The position numbers and the translations under genes are program-made. This document shows positions 8,548 to 17,007 of a stretch of 64,000 bases of DNA, piece by piece (the stretch's first letter is position 1; every line of letters starts with the position of its first letter). Origin of the DNA: Thermoplasmata archaeon (GTDB lineage Archaea > Thermoplasmatota > Thermoplasmata > UBA10834); the NCBI GenBank assembly GCA_041554135.1, contig JBFFML010000004.1, positions 37,340 through 101,339 of the forward strand, read 5' to 3'. The notes beneath the pieces are model-generated. The model was not told the DNA's origin, did no database searches, and worked only from the letters and a program-made list of their open reading frames with translations.

Positions 8548-9276
8548 CGGCGTCGTCCCCGTGTCACGAGGTGGCGTCGACGCCAAGTCGTAGTCGGTCG
8601 TAGGGGGAGAGACGCCGTACATCTCCTGACGTCTCCTCGCCTTGTACACGACTATGGCCACCACCACCGCGACTATGCCCGTCAAGTATACCATGTCGAA
8701 TATGTTCGCGCCGCCGATGCTCAGCAGCGCCAACCCTTCCGAGGGGGGATCGTAAGAGAGTATCTCAGCCAGGTGGAAAACGTCCGCCCCGACGAGCGTC
8801 CCGAGCACCCCGGACACGTAAGCGAGAGGAGCGGCTTTGCTCATGTCCATCCAAAATGTTGACATGGAGTACAGCCCCGCCGCTAACGCCGGGGCGAACG
8901 CCCACTGAATGTCCGCGACGATGCCGACGCCCTCCTCGGGCCTCGTGATGAAGTACGTGACATAAGCGACGATTATGATGCCTATAGCCGCCTCCGCCAA
9001 CCCCACCCGTCCGTTCCAAAGTATCCTGCCACAGAGAATGATGGGTATCAACGCGCCGCCGATGCTTATGCCGATCCACCAGCCGTTGTATGGAAACAAC
9101 GGGACAGATATCCATCCAAGCATGAGCGTTATGAGGATTATCGTGCTGGCCTCCCCTCCCGTGAGGCCTATCATCTCGAGCACGCTCCGTATAGTCTTGA
9201 TATATGCGAGATATACGAGCAGCACGATGATGCCTGCTAGCAGGAACAGGATGAAACCGAACTCTTCCTCCGTCAT
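8515..9276 (-). CDS. Polytopic membrane protein (DUF1614-like)
   Basis: 253 aa with multiple hydrophobic helices. The family assignment is from memory of the DUF1614 pattern only. Its 3' end overlaps the convergent MFS gene by 33 nt. Confidence 0.5.
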   Translation of the reverse strand: MTEEEFGFILFLLAGIIVLLVYLAYIKTIRSVLEMIGLTGGEASTIILITLMLGWISVPLFPYNGWWIGISIGGALIPIILCGRILWNGRVGLAEAAIGIIIVAYVTYFITRPEEGVGIVADIQWAFAPALAAGLYSMSTFWMDMSKAAPLAYVSGVLGTLVGADVFHLAEILSYDPPSEGLALLSIGGANIFDMVYLTGIVAVVVAIVVYKARRRQEMYGVSPPTTDYDLASTPPRDTGTTPSRWYERDRRL

Positions 9277-9347
9277 CCACCCGATGTAACAGCCTTGGTA
9301 GGGTTAAAAGTTGCCGTCGTCGGCTCGTGGGATGGCGGGCGCCGCGC

Positions 9348-9782
9348 TCAGACAGACCTCGGATAGACGCAGCCCAGGAAGCTGAGCCGCGTCGCTATAG
9401 CCTCCATGACACCATCGAAGTCGTCGCTCTCAAAGAAGACAAGGTGGGAATCGCATCGACAGTCGGACGAGCCGAAACCGGGAGCGATGACTTCCGCGCC
9501 GTCGACCTGCATGAGCGACCGTGCGATCTCGCATTCGTCCTCTTTCCTCTCAGTCGAGACGACGGCGGTGGACACGATCTCCGCCCTGTTCAGCAGGTAA
9601 TCGATGTGCCATCTCATCCGTTTCTCTGGCCGCGCGTGCCTCTCCAGACGCCTCTCAACCCCCGACTGCGCGGATCCCACGTACACGTAGATCCCCCCGC
9701 GGAACTCGATCGCTCCCAACGCGCCGACCTGGATGCGGCAGTCCTTTCTGAGCAGTATCACGAGGCAATATGCTCCTTTCAT
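9348..9782 (-). CDS. GIY-YIG-like nuclease superfamily protein (DUF123 family)
   Basis: Internal ATG at 9782 of track ORF 9348..10244 (MKGAYCLVILL...). Motifs GGIYVYVGSA, RLERH and RWHIDYL. The upstream part of the track ORF is antisense to the phosphorylase gene and looks non-coding. Confidence 0.7.
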   Translation of the reverse strand: MKGAYCLVILLRKDCRIQVGALGAIEFRGGIYVYVGSAQSGVERRLERHARPEKRMRWHIDYLLNRAEIVSTAVVSTERKEDECEIARSLMQVDGAEVIAPGFGSSDCRCDSHLVFFESDDFDGVMEAIATRLSFLGCVYPRSV

Positions 9783-9900
9783 CCGGCTCGAAGAACGACG
9801 CCGGTGGAAATCAATCTTGCCTTCCACCGATGCGGCGCGTCCGAGTGCATTAATAAACTGGCAACCCCATCCGGACACGAAGCACGAACGGGGATGCCAT

Positions 9901-10692
9901 ATGGACAAGCAGCTGATAACGGGCCTTGAGCCTGGACAGGTGGCGAGATACGTATTGCTGTGCGGAGAACCGGAACGGGTTCCGAGGATCTCCTCGGCCC
10001 TTGACAGCCATGAGATGACGGCGGACATCAGGGAGTTCGTCATCCACAACGGCATGGTTGACGACACGGCGGTGACCGTGGCCTCGACCGGCATCGGAGG
10101 GCCATCGACGGCGATCCTGATCGAGGAGCTCGCGAACCTGGGAGCCGACACGTTCATCAGAATAGGCACGAGCGGGGGTATTGACGAAGGACTGAGGAAA
10201 GGCGACTTCGTCGTGGCCACGGGAGCGATCCGCGCAGACGGCACGAGCAGGAGCTACGCGTGGCCAGAGTACCCTGCCGTCGCGGACTACGAGATCGTCG
10301 CCGCCCTCGTGGATAGCGCGAAGAAGTCCGGCGCGAGGTTCGACGTTGGCGTCAGCTTGTCGGTCGACGGCTTCTACAGCGAGAACAAGGTCCTCCGAGA
10401 CGGACGCATCCATCCTATGTCAAGGTCGGGATACATGCCTTCGTTCATGGTCGACAGGCTGTCAGATGCGAAGAAGATGCGTGTCAAGAACATCGAGATG
10501 GAGAACGGCACGATGTTCACTCTCTGCTCGCTGTTCGGCCTACGAGCAGGGGCGATATGCACGGTCTCCGATGTAGTCCCCTGGCATCCCACGGACACGG
10601 TCCTGGATTTCGAGCAGAACATGATGGACTGCATCAAGGTGGCGGTCGACGCCATGCGCACTGTGATTTCGCGAGATGAGAGCAAGGACTAG
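9901..10692 (+). CDS. Nucleoside phosphorylase (PNP/UDP family, uridine-phosphorylase-like)
   Basis: ATG at 9901 (MDKQLITG). Motifs STGIGGPSTAILIEEL, IRIGTSGG and IEMENGT. Confidence 0.75.
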   Translation: MDKQLITGLEPGQVARYVLLCGEPERVPRISSALDSHEMTADIREFVIHNGMVDDTAVTVASTGIGGPSTAILIEELANLGADTFIRIGTSGGIDEGLRKGDFVVATGAIRADGTSRSYAWPEYPAVADYEIVAALVDSAKKSGARFDVGVSLSVDGFYSENKVLRDGRIHPMSRSGYMPSFMVDRLSDAKKMRVKNIEMENGTMFTLCSLFGLRAGAICTVSDVVPWHPTDTVLDFEQNMMDCIKVAVDAMRTVISRDESKD

Positions 10693-10761
10693 CACAATGC
10701 ACAAAATATGAGCGCGACCGCGTCACGGTCAAGCGGGACGAGGCTTCGCGTCCGACGGCCT

Positions 10762-11928
10762 TCATTGGACATCGCCGATGTCGCCGAACGATTCTGGCCA
10801 CGGGACAGAGTGGATGCTCGCCGAGCCCTCGCGGTCTCTGAAGTACTGCTGATAGAACTCCTCAGCTACGTTCGGTATGATCGGCGCGACCAACTTCAGC
10901 AATCCCAACCCGACGGACCACATCGTGTACTTCGCCGCGGCGTCGTTGCCCTCGAACCTCTTACCCTCTCGTGCGAGATAACCGGCGGAGACATTGTCCC
11001 TCACGAAGTCCCCGACGATCCTGAGCGCCTCGGGCGCGGCGCCGTCCTGTATCAGGTCGTGCGTCCTGTTCGCCAAAGCGACGAACGACCGCATCAGCGC
11101 CTCGTCGGGCTCGCTCAGCGACAGCCCTTCGCCTGTCGGCTTCTTGGCGACCCTCTTCGCGACGTATTCCTCCAGGCTCCACAACTGTTTCCACAGGCGC
11201 GTCTCCTGCCGCCCGAGCTCCAGAAGGTTACGGGCCTCAGCGTAGTCCCTCTCGGGTATGGCGGACGCGAGGTTCCTAATGGAATCCTGTATCGAGTCAA
11301 CCTGCACGCCGCTCCTGCTCAGGACGGGCGTCAACCGAAGCACGTCCTTGATGTAGTTCCTGAGGTGGCTGTGCCACTCTAGCCTGTCCTCGAGCAGGTC
11401 TCTAGCCATCGTCAGGTTCGTTCTGCCTTGGTCGAACCTGCCCTCCTTGTACGTCTCTATGGAATCGACCACGAGCTCCTCGATGTCCTTTGAGAAGACC
11501 TCCGCCTTCGTCGCCTGAGACATGAGGTCTGCCGTCTGCTTGAAAACCGAGAGGAAGTCCTTGCTGCCGTAGTTCTTGGCCTCCAGGATCGACGCCGCGG
11601 TGTTGGATATCTTCGCGTTCTTGCTGAACATGCACTCGATGAGCGCCTGCTCGCCGGTGTCCGAGCCAGTTATCCTCTGCAGGCTCGACCTCACATGCGT
11701 CCTGACCCTAGCATTGTCGTGGTTGTGGTACTTGACGAGAAGCGGCACGACCGAGAGAGGGTTCGTCCTGGCGTGTTCCTCTATCCGGTCTATCATCTTG
11801 CGCCTTCGACCCGGCATGATGGATGAGAGGTCAGAAACGAGGTGCCTGTCGATCCTCAGGCTCTCGAGGTCCTTTGAAAGCTCGATGTCAACGTCACTCA
11901 CATACAGTCCCTTGGCCACGCTCCGCAC
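10762..11928 (-). CDS. HEAT-like repeat protein with C-terminal class Ia aaRS-type anticodon-binding domain (no catalytic domain)
   Basis: N-terminal HEAT-like segment HDNARVRTHVRSSLQRI. The C-terminal ~130 aa resemble the Ile/Val/Leu-tRNA synthetase anticodon-binding helical bundle: DFVRDNVSAGYLAREGKRF, LLKLVAPIIPNVAEEFYQ, SIHSVPWPE. Confidence 0.6.
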   Translation of the reverse strand: MRSVAKGLYVSDVDIELSKDLESLRIDRHLVSDLSSIMPGRRRKMIDRIEEHARTNPLSVVPLLVKYHNHDNARVRTHVRSSLQRITGSDTGEQALIECMFSKNAKISNTAASILEAKNYGSKDFLSVFKQTADLMSQATKAEVFSKDIEELVVDSIETYKEGRFDQGRTNLTMARDLLEDRLEWHSHLRNYIKDVLRLTPVLSRSGVQVDSIQDSIRNLASAIPERDYAEARNLLELGRQETRLWKQLWSLEEYVAKRVAKKPTGEGLSLSEPDEALMRSFVALANRTHDLIQDGAAPEALRIVGDFVRDNVSAGYLAREGKRFEGNDAAAKYTMWSVGLGLLKLVAPIIPNVAEEFYQQYFRDREGSASIHSVPWPESFGDIGDVQ

Positions 11929-12040
11929 CCGACGCCTTGGGATGATTATGTAGATACATAAGTCTTTTCGGATTCATCGCCACGCACCAGTCGGGTTCGG
12001 GACGAGGCGGACGGACAGCACCCACCCCAAGCCGTGGGGC

Positions 12041-12796
12041 TCAGCGGTTGCCGGCATCCGTGGTGCCCGCTTCGCATCTGAGCGACCCTACTCGGGGGAA
12101 CACCAGGGGCGAATCCCTCGAGAATGCTATGGGTCTGAAGTCGTCAAGACCACGGTCCGAAAGCAGCGGCAACATATCGTCCGAAGCAGTCGTGCCTATG
12201 ACGTCCACACCGGGTGATACGATGCTCAGAGCGGGCAATATGACCACATCTCTGTCGGGGTCGTGGAGGTAGCATTGGCTCTTAACGCGCGTGCCCGTGT
12301 CATCCCTGAGTGTTATCGACGGATGCAGATGCCCCATGATCAGGTTCTCTCGCCTGTCATGCTCACGATGGCCGTGAACAATCGTGAACCGACCGACATC
12401 CAGCTCTGTGGTCATCTGTATGCCGTGATTGGCCAGGATCGCGCCCAAATAGTTGTCATGGTTGCCTCGGACCACGCGGAGCCTCACGATCTCTGCGAAC
12501 GTCCTGACGAACTCGGCCACATCGGACCACTCCTGCGTCAGGTTCCTTGAGAAGTTGTGTTTGAGATCGCCAGCGATAACGAGCTCGTCAGGCGAGTGAG
12601 TGGCTATGGCCTCCCGGAGATAGGCCCCAACCTTCCTGGTCTGGACACGGGGGATGCTGATTCCCCTGTACTCGAGCGCCGCCTCACATCCAAGGTGGAG
12701 GTCGGCGACCACCATCGTGTTCGAGTCCGTCAGTATGGCAGCTCCGCCCGGGCAGAGCTCGACGCCTTCCGTTAGCCCGTGTGTGCGTCCGGTCAC
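12041..12796 (-). CDS. Calcineurin-like metallophosphoesterase (archaeal SbcD/Mre11-related type)
   Basis: Motifs VVADLHLG, IAGDLKHN, GNHD, VHGH and GHLHP. Confidence 0.8.
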   Translation of the reverse strand: MTGRTHGLTEGVELCPGGAAILTDSNTMVVADLHLGCEAALEYRGISIPRVQTRKVGAYLREAIATHSPDELVIAGDLKHNFSRNLTQEWSDVAEFVRTFAEIVRLRVVRGNHDNYLGAILANHGIQMTTELDVGRFTIVHGHREHDRRENLIMGHLHPSITLRDDTGTRVKSQCYLHDPDRDVVILPALSIVSPGVDVIGTTASDDMLPLLSDRGLDDFRPIAFSRDSPLVFPRVGSLRCEAGTTDAGNR

Positions 12797-12893
12797 GGAT
12801 GGCAGATACGCGTATCCGGTTACAGTCTTTTCGAGTACTTTCTCCCGCCCCCAAAACCCTCATAAGTGCGGGAGATGCGTACATCACACCGAT

Positions 12894-13670
12894 ATGCTCT
12901 CGAATTCGTTCATCTTCTTGGACGGCATAGGCGTGGCCAGGGAGCGTTGGCTATGGGCGAACGGCATCGTCTCGTGGGACGAGTTCCTCGATACGAACCG
13001 CGTACCGGGAGTATCGCCAGGCACAAAGGCGAAGGCTGATGCGTGCCTGGACGACGCGATGAAGAGGCTCCGTCTTGGCGACGCCTCCCACTTCTCATCC
13101 CTGCTGAGGCAGCGGGACCACTGGCGGTGTTATGACGAATTCAGGGATCGGGCTGTGTATCTCGACATAGAGACCACGGGCATATCGAGAAGGGCGCACG
13201 TCACAATGGTGGGCATGCATGACGGCCGACGGACACACACGCTCGTGAAGGGACAGAACCTCACCAGGGAGTATCTCGAGGCGATTCTGGGCCGGGCGGA
13301 CATGATCGTCACGTTCAACGGCGCGAGCTTCGACCTCCCGATCCTGGACCATTGGTTCCCGGGCGTGGTGCCTCGGGTGCCTCATGTCGATCTCAAGCAC
13401 CTCCTGCGCCGGCTTGGCAGGACCGGGGGCCTGAAGGCGATCGAGCACGACATGGGGGTCGAGAGGGACATGCGCATACAGTACCTTACAGGTCAGGACG
13501 CCGTCTACCTGTGGAGGCTGTGGGAGAGGCAGGGATCCTGGAACGCGCTCAAGACGCTCAAGGAGTACAACACGGACGATTGTGAGAACCTCAAGATCAT
13601 CGCCGACAGGGCCTGCGACGAGATGAGGGCTAAGATGCGCGCCCCTGGCGCTGTCGAACGCAAACTTTGA
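12894..13670 (+). CDS. RNase H-fold predicted exonuclease (YprB-like)
   Basis: Internal ATG at 12894 of track ORF 12654..13670 (MLSNSFIFLDG). Motifs YLDIETTG, TFNGASFDLPIL and YNTDDCENL fit a DEDD-type RNase H-like fold. Confidence 0.6.
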   Translation: MLSNSFIFLDGIGVARERWLWANGIVSWDEFLDTNRVPGVSPGTKAKADACLDDAMKRLRLGDASHFSSLLRQRDHWRCYDEFRDRAVYLDIETTGISRRAHVTMVGMHDGRRTHTLVKGQNLTREYLEAILGRADMIVTFNGASFDLPILDHWFPGVVPRVPHVDLKHLLRRLGRTGGLKAIEHDMGVERDMRIQYLTGQDAVYLWRLWERQGSWNALKTLKEYNTDDCENLKIIADRACDEMRAKMRAPGAVERKL

Positions 13671-13758
13671 TTACCGAAGATGGGGTAGGGGTCGACGGGA
13701 TGGACGCACTCATCAGAACGTCGTTCGCGGCAGTCATCGTCGTCGGGGAGGCCAGGCA

Positions 13759-15231
13759 TTGAAGCTTCGTCCAGGCGAGTTCCTCGGCTCGCTGCCAACG
13801 GGACTGCGCGACTCCGCCGTCGAGGCCGCCGCCGCGCTAAGACAGGCCTCCAGCGCGGTCGTCGCGACTCACATCGACGCTGACGGGATAGCGGCCGCGG
13901 CGATCGCCAAGGCGACGCTTGACAGGCTCGGTGTCCCCCACGAAGTCAGATTCTTCAAGAAACTCGATGACGCGGCCCTCGACTCGTTGCGCGGGTCCGG
14001 GGCGGACATCGTGTGGTTCACGGACCTCGGCAGCGGGGCGATATCGAGGTTTGGCACGATGCATGCCATCGTCACGGACCACCATGTCCCTGATCCGATG
14101 GCCTACGGCTCGCGCTCGAACGGTCAGGCTCTGCTTTCGGACTACTCGCGACCGTACCACGTCAACCCGCACATGCACGGCCACTCTGGCGCAGACGAGC
14201 TGAGCGGGGCGGGCACGACGCTTCTCGTGTCGGTGGCGGCCGACGAAGAGAATGCCGCGCAGTCGCACCTCGCGATACTGGGCAGCGTCGGAGACCTGCA
14301 GGACCAGAAGACCTGCAGGCTGGAGGGGCTCAACCGGGTCGTCCTCGCCCTCGCAACGGGCCTCGGGACAGTGGAGGCGAAGGAGGACATCAGGTACTTC
14401 GGGCGGGAGACGAGGCCCATCTTCAAGATGCTCGAGTACTCGAGCGACCCGTTCATACCGCGCATAACTGGAAGGGAGCAGGAAGCGATCAGCTTCCTGC
14501 TCGGCCTCGGCATAACGCTCAAGGAGGGCGACCAGTGGCGCACCTGGTCCATGCTCTCTGACGATGAGAGATGCAAGGTCACGGACGCTCTCAGGGACGC
14601 GCTCATCGGCGGACCGAGAGGGGAGGAAAGGGTGAGGAGGCTGACAGGTGAGGCGTACAGATTCGTCGCGGAGGCGCCGGGATCGCCCGTGAGGGACGTA
14701 AAGGAGTACGCGACACTGTTGAACGCCTGCGGAAGACACGGGAGGGCGGAGGTCGGGCTCAGGATATGCTCGGGCGACAGGGGCGAGGCGCTCTCCGAAG
14801 GCTACGCCCTGCTCAGAGACCATCGCTCTGCCCTCAGCCAGGCGCTGGAGGCGGCCAAGGCCATAGGCATCACGCGCCTGAGACACATCCAGTACTTCGA
14901 TGCCGGGGACGAGATCGAGGAGACCATAATCGGCACCGTCGCCGGCATGCTGCTCGGCGGCAGGGACGCCGACAGGACGGCGCCGATCATCGCCTTCGCC
15001 GACAGCATGGAGGTCGGCTCGGAGGAGCTGAAGAAGGTCTCCGGAAGGGGCACGCAGGAGCTTGTTTCCAGAGGCATGGACCTCTCGGCCGCCATGCGCG
15101 CGGTGGGCGAGAAGGTGGGCGGGGCAGGCGGAGGGCACAACATCGCCGCCGGTGCCACGATACCTTCGTCCAGGAAGGACCAGTTCCTGCGGCTGCTGGA
15201 CGAGCTCGTCGGCGCTCAGCTAAAGCGTTAG
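13759..15231 (+). CDS. RecJ-like DHH/DHHA1 phosphoesterase (archaeal RecJ/GAN-type nuclease)
   Basis: DHH motifs THIDADGI, FTDLG and VTDHH. DHHA1 motif GGGHNIAAG. TTG start at 13759. Confidence 0.8.
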   Translation: MKLRPGEFLGSLPTGLRDSAVEAAAALRQASSAVVATHIDADGIAAAAIAKATLDRLGVPHEVRFFKKLDDAALDSLRGSGADIVWFTDLGSGAISRFGTMHAIVTDHHVPDPMAYGSRSNGQALLSDYSRPYHVNPHMHGHSGADELSGAGTTLLVSVAADEENAAQSHLAILGSVGDLQDQKTCRLEGLNRVVLALATGLGTVEAKEDIRYFGRETRPIFKMLEYSSDPFIPRITGREQEAISFLLGLGITLKEGDQWRTWSMLSDDERCKVTDALRDALIGGPRGEERVRRLTGEAYRFVAEAPGSPVRDVKEYATLLNACGRHGRAEVGLRICSGDRGEALSEGYALLRDHRSALSQALEAAKAIGITRLRHIQYFDAGDEIEETIIGTVAGMLLGGRDADRTAPIIAFADSMEVGSEELKKVSGRGTQELVSRGMDLSAAMRAVGEKVGGAGGGHNIAAGATIPSSRKDQFLRLLDELVGAQLKR

Positions 15232-16112
15232 ACCACTGCGGCGAGTATCGCCTTCTGCACGTGCATGCGATTCTCCGCCTGGGCGAACACGGCGCTGTGC
15301 GAGCCGTCGATGACGTCCTCGGTCACCTCGCACCCTCGATGGGCCGGGAGACAATGCAGGAATATCCAGTCCTTGCTAGCCCGCTCCACGAGCGCGGAGT
15401 TCACCTGGTACGGCAAGAAGAGGCGTTCCCGCTCCTCACGCTCCTCCTCCTGGCCCATGGAGACCCACGTGTCCGTGTACACGACATCCGCACCGTCGAC
15501 CGCGTCGAACGGGTTCGATACGGCCTCCACGGCGCAGTGGTTCTTCTTGGCTATCGACTGGGCCTCGGACAGGATGTCGGCGTCGGGGGCGTGAGACTTC
15601 GGTGTAGCGGCCACCATGTTCATGCCCACGATGGCACATCCCAGGAGCAGTGAGTTGCATACGTTGTTGCCGTCGCCGACGTATGCCAGCTTGAGACCCT
15701 TCAGCTTGCCCTTCTTCTCCATGACGGTCATGAGGTCGGCCGCGCACTGGCACGGATGCTCCAGATCGTCAAGGCCGTTTATGACCGGGACTGTGGCATT
15801 CTCGGCGAGCTCGCGCATCACCTCGTTGCTGAACGCCCTGTACATGATGACGTCCGCGTATCCGCTGATCACCTTCGCCACATCCGCGACGCTCTCTCTC
15901 TTTCCCATCTGGACCTCGTCGGGTCCTATGTAGATGGCCGAACCGCCGAGCTGGGATGCGGCGACCTCGAATGATACCCTCGTCCTCAAGCTGGGCTTCT
16001 CGAACACCATCGCGAGCACCTTCCTCTTGAGCGGCTCCGGGCGCCTGCCCTTCGACGGCTCAGTCTTCGTCTTCAAGGCCTTCGCAATGATCTTGGCGAG
16101 GTCGTCTTTCAT
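15228..16112 (-). CDS. argF: Ornithine carbamoyltransferase
   Basis: Motifs KPSLRTR, HPCQ, DTWVSMG and HCLPAHRG. Its stop overlaps the convergent recJ-like stop by 4 nt. Confidence 0.85.
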   Translation of the reverse strand: MKDDLAKIIAKALKTKTEPSKGRRPEPLKRKVLAMVFEKPSLRTRVSFEVAASQLGGSAIYIGPDEVQMGKRESVADVAKVISGYADVIMYRAFSNEVMRELAENATVPVINGLDDLEHPCQCAADLMTVMEKKGKLKGLKLAYVGDGNNVCNSLLLGCAIVGMNMVAATPKSHAPDADILSEAQSIAKKNHCAVEAVSNPFDAVDGADVVYTDTWVSMGQEEEREERERLFLPYQVNSALVERASKDWIFLHCLPAHRGCEVTEDVIDGSHSAVFAQAENRMHVQKAILAAVV

Positions 16113-16453
16113 GTCGAGGACGGATATTATGTCCCTTTTCAGCTAAATCACCGCACTCATGAACCGAACACGCGGACTTAAGGCTTTTGAAGGGCCACGG
16201 AGGGCTCGGGGCACGATGCGACGGCTACGGTCCCACGCGCTCGCACGGGGATTCCCCACATATGACGCACACGCTACATCCTGACAGGCTGGCCACGGGT
16301 CCGCCGCACTCCGGGCAACGCTCGTGGACGGCCTCGTACGACCTTGGCGACGATGCGCGCCTACGGCTGCTCATGATGACATGTCACGGAGACCAAACGG
16401 GAAGTAGGTTGCGTGCGGGGATGGGCGAAAGTGCTCCAGGTCTTGCGACAAGG

Positions 16454-16461
16454 TTTATTTA
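16454..16461 (+). promoter_or_regulatory. Candidate TATA box (tttattta) for tRNA-His
   Basis: AT-rich octamer centred about 28 nt upstream of the tRNA 5' end. This matches the usual archaeal TATA-to-start spacing. Confidence 0.4.
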
Positions 16462-16486
16462 CAGATAGATGATGAAGGGCCGAGAC

Positions 16487-16558
16487 GGCCGGGGTGGGGT
16501 AATGGTATCCTTGGGGACTGTGGATCCCTTGACCCGGGTTCGATTCCCGGTCCCGGCC
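16487..16558 (+). tRNA. tRNA-His (anticodon GUG) with genome-encoded G-1
   Basis: Hand-folded. The acceptor pairs GCCGGGG with TCCCGGC. The anticodon stem pairs GGGGA with TCCCT around the loop CU-GUG-GA. The T arm is CCGGG-TTCGATT-CCCGG. An extra G at 16487 lies opposite discriminator C at 16558, which is the tRNA-His hallmark. CCA is not fully encoded. Confidence 0.85.
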
Positions 16559-16574
16559 CACCGCCTCCCTTCGG

Positions 16575-16934
16575 TCACTCTGTGAACATCGCCCCGCAGT
16601 GAGGGCACTTCTTGTCTTCCTCGCCCACGCTCTTGCCGCACGCTGGGCATTCGAACGTGGACGCGTCGTCCTTGGGTGGGGTATCACTCTGCGAAGGGCT
16701 GTCGAGCTCGATCGTCGATGTCTCGGCGACCTCCTCGGCGAATATCTCGAACTCAGTGCCGCAGGACTCGCACCTCATGTTGGCCGACGTCGTGTGCTCG
16801 CTGCAGAACGGGCACTCGAACTCCCTGTCTTCGAACGAGACGCCGCAACGTGGGCACTTGTCTTCGTCCCCGGACACCGTCTTCCCACAGGAAACACAGG
16901 CTAGAACAAACACTGGCAGAGACTCTTCAGCCAT
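16575..16934 (-). CDS. Small acidic protein with three zinc ribbons
   Basis: ATG at 16934 inside track ORF 16575..17438 (MAEESLPVF...). Ribbons are CVSCGKTVSGDEDKCPRCG, CPFCSEHTTSANMRCESCG and CPACGKSVGEEDKKCPHCG. The Arg-rich track extension is an off-frame read of the neighbour's Lys-rich tail. Confidence 0.65.
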   Translation of the reverse strand: MAEESLPVFVLACVSCGKTVSGDEDKCPRCGVSFEDREFECPFCSEHTTSANMRCESCGTEFEIFAEEVAETSTIELDSPSQSDTPPKDDASTFECPACGKSVGEEDKKCPHCGAMFTE

Positions 16935-17007
16935 GTGGTCGACAAGATTCTGCAGGTATTTAATTGGTTGCAGATGCCCCGGGAATACGACGGCCGAGCT
17001 GGGCGAA

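Noticed and set aside
9783-10244. N-terminal 154-aa extension of track ORF 9348..10244
   Set aside because: The extension is antisense to the nucleoside phosphorylase gene and has no DUF123 similarity. The conserved domain begins right at the internal ATG (9782).
13837-15138. 433-aa minus-strand ORF
   Set aside because: It is antisense to the RecJ-like gene, which has complete DHH/DHHA1 motifs. The sequence is low-complexity and Arg/Pro-rich.
16187-16468. 93-aa plus-strand ORF between argF and tRNA-His
   Set aside because: It has no motifs, a GC-rich noise-like composition, and it would run through the tRNA promoter region.
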